A stretch of DNA of 64,000 nt from Phoronis australis (taxonomy: Eukaryota > Animalia > Phoronida). Location of the stretch: positions 43,335-107,334 of the forward strand of contig NMRA01000459.1 in the NCBI GenBank assembly GCA_002633005.1. The letters are read 5' to 3'. Of the stretch, positions 60,384 through 64,000 are shown piece by piece. The translations under genes and the position numbers were made by a program. The first letter of the stretch is position 1. The number at the start of each line of letters is the position of its first letter. The notes under the pieces were generated by a model that made no database searches, had not been told where the DNA came from, and saw nothing but the letters and a program-made list of their open reading frames with translations.

Positions 60384-63300
60384 TGTACCCTACATTTTAA
60401 CGATTTCGCATGGCAAGAACTCACACCGTTATTTGTTTCTTTAATGTTTTATTTTGACGTATAAGGAGAAACCACCAGCTCTAAAATTACAAATTTGAAA
60501 ATGCACGCGTGCACGTGTTGGCAGTGTCACTTGAGTTGGAAGCGGAAATGGAATCCTGTCACAGTAAGGGATATAGCGAGGGCCTCCAAATTCTATTTCC
60601 GTTACTTTAGCTAGATAAACCGCGCAAAATGCAATTTTCAAAATGAAAAGTTTATGTTTTGATGTCTAACTTGTTGAGTTTGAACTATCTCGCTCTAATT
60701 AAACTCAAAATCTTGCTTGAGTTCCCTAATTGGCAAAATCCTGTAGTACCCTAAATAACCTAGTAATTGGAACTGCTTAAAATGGCAAAGAACGTGAAAA
60801 ACAAATTAAAGTGCATTATTCAAAGTGGTTATTTGACACTGAAATAAACGTCCATCTGTTCAGCAGGTACTTTTACTAATTGTTCCTAAAGATTTTGAGT
60901 TTCTGTTGACGTCAAAACATTTTTTTCCTTTTTTGAAATTTCAAGAAACGATCTGTCAACTGCTCGTCATCTCGCCGATTCTTCTCCCACACAGCAAAGC
61001 ACCTCTCCTTTTTTGATATACATGTACTTCTAATTCACGGAGCGGACATTAAATTCTAAAGTGAGGCTCACAGCCATAAACAAAGCGGAAGTTGAGACAT
61101 TGCGGGAGTTAAATGCTTTGAGTCAAACCTGGATGTTAAATCTTTAAAATGTGTCAATAATTAACTACAAAGACGTACAAAACATATCAGAGAAAAGTCA
61201 ATGCACCAAAGAGTTTTCTGACGGAAGGGTATAATTTTTTTGGGAAACTAGGTTCGAAACATGAAAAGTAAATATGAACAAATTGCTGCAAATGTGTTAC
61301 GGATCGATTAGGTACATGTATATGTTGAATGCAGGGTTACGTTTTTCTTGTAAATTCAGTGTTGATAAAAATGCTTTCTACAAGAACCAGGTCATCTGCT
61401 CGTAGTTTTGAAAAGTTGAAGATATATTTGATAGTGGTGGCTCATCGCATTTTACTGTCATGAGCAAGTCACTTCAGGTTTAATTTGTTGACCAAGAATA
61501 TTAACATCAAGCATAGCCTAGGTCCAGGTAGCCAGGTAGGGACTATACCGGGACTAACAGTTGATTTCTCATTAGTCTCCAAGAATGACTGATGCTATTA
61601 AATATATTTTCTATTAAAATAATAAACCAGGCTGGTAACTGAAATGAAAAATTACTTAACCATCAATTCTGGTTTCTTGGTTTTAATAATTCTTACACCT
61701 ATTTCATGTGTTAGGTTTCAAAATTTTCAATCTGGACCAAGTTGAATTTTAAACTTAAAACACCTAAATGTAGTTCGTTCGTCCAAAGCATAACCTGAAA
61801 AAATAACCCATCTCGTTTTAGAGCTCAATTTCAGCTGGGAGTAATATAATCCTAGATTTCAGTTAACTGAACTGTTTATGCAGACACAACCATTCTTATT
61901 GCTAATTTAAATAATAGCATTGTTCGTTAGTTGTAAGCATTTCAAAGTACCCCCAGATCGTGAACTCGTACTGGCATTTAAAGGCGGTTTACCCGCCATT
62001 TACATTCAATCGTATTTCTGTGTACAGAGCAGGCATATGTATATCATTGGTCTTCACTGTCGTTGAGATTGCAGGGTTTTCATGATTTTGCGGGTTGGTC
62101 TAGGTACAAACGGCCCTCGAATAAAAGAATTTGTGGTGGAATCACCTACGTTTCTCTCGATGGTTAGCCGACACTGCGCCAGAACATGGGCAGAGCAAGC
62201 GTAGTTATCATGTTTCTTCAGAGTCCTCGATCATTCGAGGGAAAAGGTGCCTGAGCCGTCTGAGAGGGAGATTTTTTCGCCAATTGAGGAGAAAATTCTA
62301 CCTCCCGATCATCATCAATAGCACCCACCCTGTTGCAAGCTCCCATAGGCTTAGTCTCTAGTAGCCAAGTAGCATTTTGTGCTCGGCTTTCAAATTGTCA
62401 CCTGTGTAGTTACAGGTGATTTGAACTTCGAAGGCAAGATTTCAATCACTTTAGGGGAATTTCTAGGCCTCGTGTGGGTAACTTCCTTGATTTTTCAATA
62501 TTTTTGACAGGAGAATAGGGCCGATATTCGGCCCCAAAAACGAGGGATTGAGGGCTCTGTCCTTTTTGGAAAGAAATGCATCATGTTTCAACCCGTAGTC
62601 ATGAAAACACAGCCTGGCTGTCCGAAGATTCACCTGTCGTTGCTATGATGATCTGCAACCATGATGCGACAAAATCTGATCAAACATTAAAAAAAATCAA
62701 TTTTAACCGGAAACATTTTCCTTTGTCGCGGCGTATGGCAGCGACCCAACGCTTCCGAATCTCAACGTCTTTGAGGATTGTAAAAATGGCGGTTGAATGT
62801 CCGTATTTTTTCTATCGCCGTTCGAACAACACAACTATGCCGATTAGCCATTTAACGTAGCAATCGTTGTGAGCCTCGTTTTGGAGCGCGCTTCTTGTCT
62901 GCGTGAATTATGCGTATGGCAAGACATTGGTGCAGCACATTTCCCTTATAATGGGATATGTGACCTTTGATTTTTGATGTAAACAAAACAATGGGGATTC
63001 AAGCAGCCAGTGGGCCAGTTCGGTGGAGCCTGAAGGTCACGTGGTTCAGCACGGGCGGTCAGATGTCATCGTCTTCATACTTATTTGCAAAAATGAAGGC
63101 AAAAGTAAAACACATTCACATTACAATGAAAAAAGCCTCGTGCAAGAGTTGAAATGATCTCTGAGATATCTTTTATCTTTTGTAATTATGCTTTAACAGA
63201 AAAAATTGAGAATTTACAGGTAATTCATGACTTTTATCGCCAAATTTGGAACTTTGAAGGGATATTACTGGTTTTACTGCCGAAAAACATTAGTTTTCTT

Positions 63301-63565
63301 TCTCTTTTTTGTTGGATTGGACTAGCTTCTGGCTCAGACCACGTGACCGTCACAAGTGTAAACAACAAAACCCATTGCGTTGTTATCATCTTACTGATCT
63401 CAAATCGCCATTCCCAACGTTGTCTACCAGATATTCGTTGAAATCAAAGCCTCTTAGTCATCTACAGTGTAGGTTAGATTGCGGTGAACACAACTATAGT
63501 ATTTTCTTATGCAGCCTACCTCATTGGTGTACCATTGAATAACCCATTTTAAAAAATGGACATAC

Positions 63566-63733
63566 CTTCATTGGGTCACGTGGTTCATGCACCGTGAGGT
63601 TATCTGTCATGCCTATTTCTTCTCCGTAGTACGTAAATGGTGTGCCCGGCAACATGAGAAGCATCATATTAACAGCACTCACGAACTTCTCTCCTAACTT
63701 CGATGCCACCCGGATCTCCTGCTCGTTACTAAG
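63566..63733 (-). CDS. SLC3-family / GH13 alpha-glucosidase-like exon (gene continues 5' beyond the window)
   Basis: tttaag|CTTAGT...ATGAAG|gtatgt, 168 bp: [58 protein letters not shown] is the GH13/rBAT signature. Confidence 0.9.
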
Positions 63734-63794
63734 CTTAAATGGACAGCCAAACAGAGTTAGAAATAATAATCTCTAAAACAATTACAAAGAAACG

Positions 63795-64000
63795 GTAATA
63801 GTAGTAACAATGGAAGTAGCAGCAGTAGTGTAATAGAAGTAACGCCAGTGGCACTAGTAATCTTGTAGATGCAGAAGAAGCGGCATTGGCATTGGCAGTG
63901 GTAGAGGTGATAGTGGTAGTAATAGTAGGACTATTAGCAGTAGTGGAAGTAGTAGCAGTAGTAGTAGTAGCAGTAGTAGTAGTAGCAGTAGTAGTAGTAG
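63795..64000. repeat. Degenerate (AGT/AGC)n microsatellite (intronic)
   Basis: gtagtagcagtagtagtag runs to the window end. Confidence 0.9.

Noticed and set aside
1-64000. Prokaryotic or viral systems (CRISPR, retron, defence operon) suggested by the RT motifs and repeats
   Set aside because: The RT is a frameshifted L1/Tx1 LINE, the genes have spliceosomal introns and gene density is very low.

Overview
AT-rich, repeat-dense animal DNA, most consistent with a marine invertebrate such as a lophotrochozoan (inference). It is not prokaryotic: it has spliceosomal introns, LINEs and microsatellites, and no operons or CRISPR arrays. Two host genes are supported. One is an intronless-CDS class A peptide GPCR of the FMRFamide-receptor-like group (+, 14328-15530). 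The other is the last four coding exons of an SLC3-family (rBAT/4F2hc-like) GH13 heavy chain (-, 63733 to 57357), spliced here by hand. The rest is a transposon landscape: two decayed L1/Tx1 LINEs, an RTE 3' end, a deleted mariner/maT-like element and three TTAA-flanked Kolobok copies (one with THAP and P2X7-ballast-like remnants, nested in a tRNA-like repeat whose empty copy is also in the window). There are also Crypton-like palindromic elements, a 2.4-kb TG..CA element with a 6-bp TSD, tiny MITEs with 5-bp TSDs, a fold-back element, a 33-bp minisatellite and two assembly gaps. I found no convincing wholly new biological system. The best leads are the Kolobok cargo, direct evidence for TACATGTA/TAGGCCTA excision footprints, and several unclassified DNA elements.
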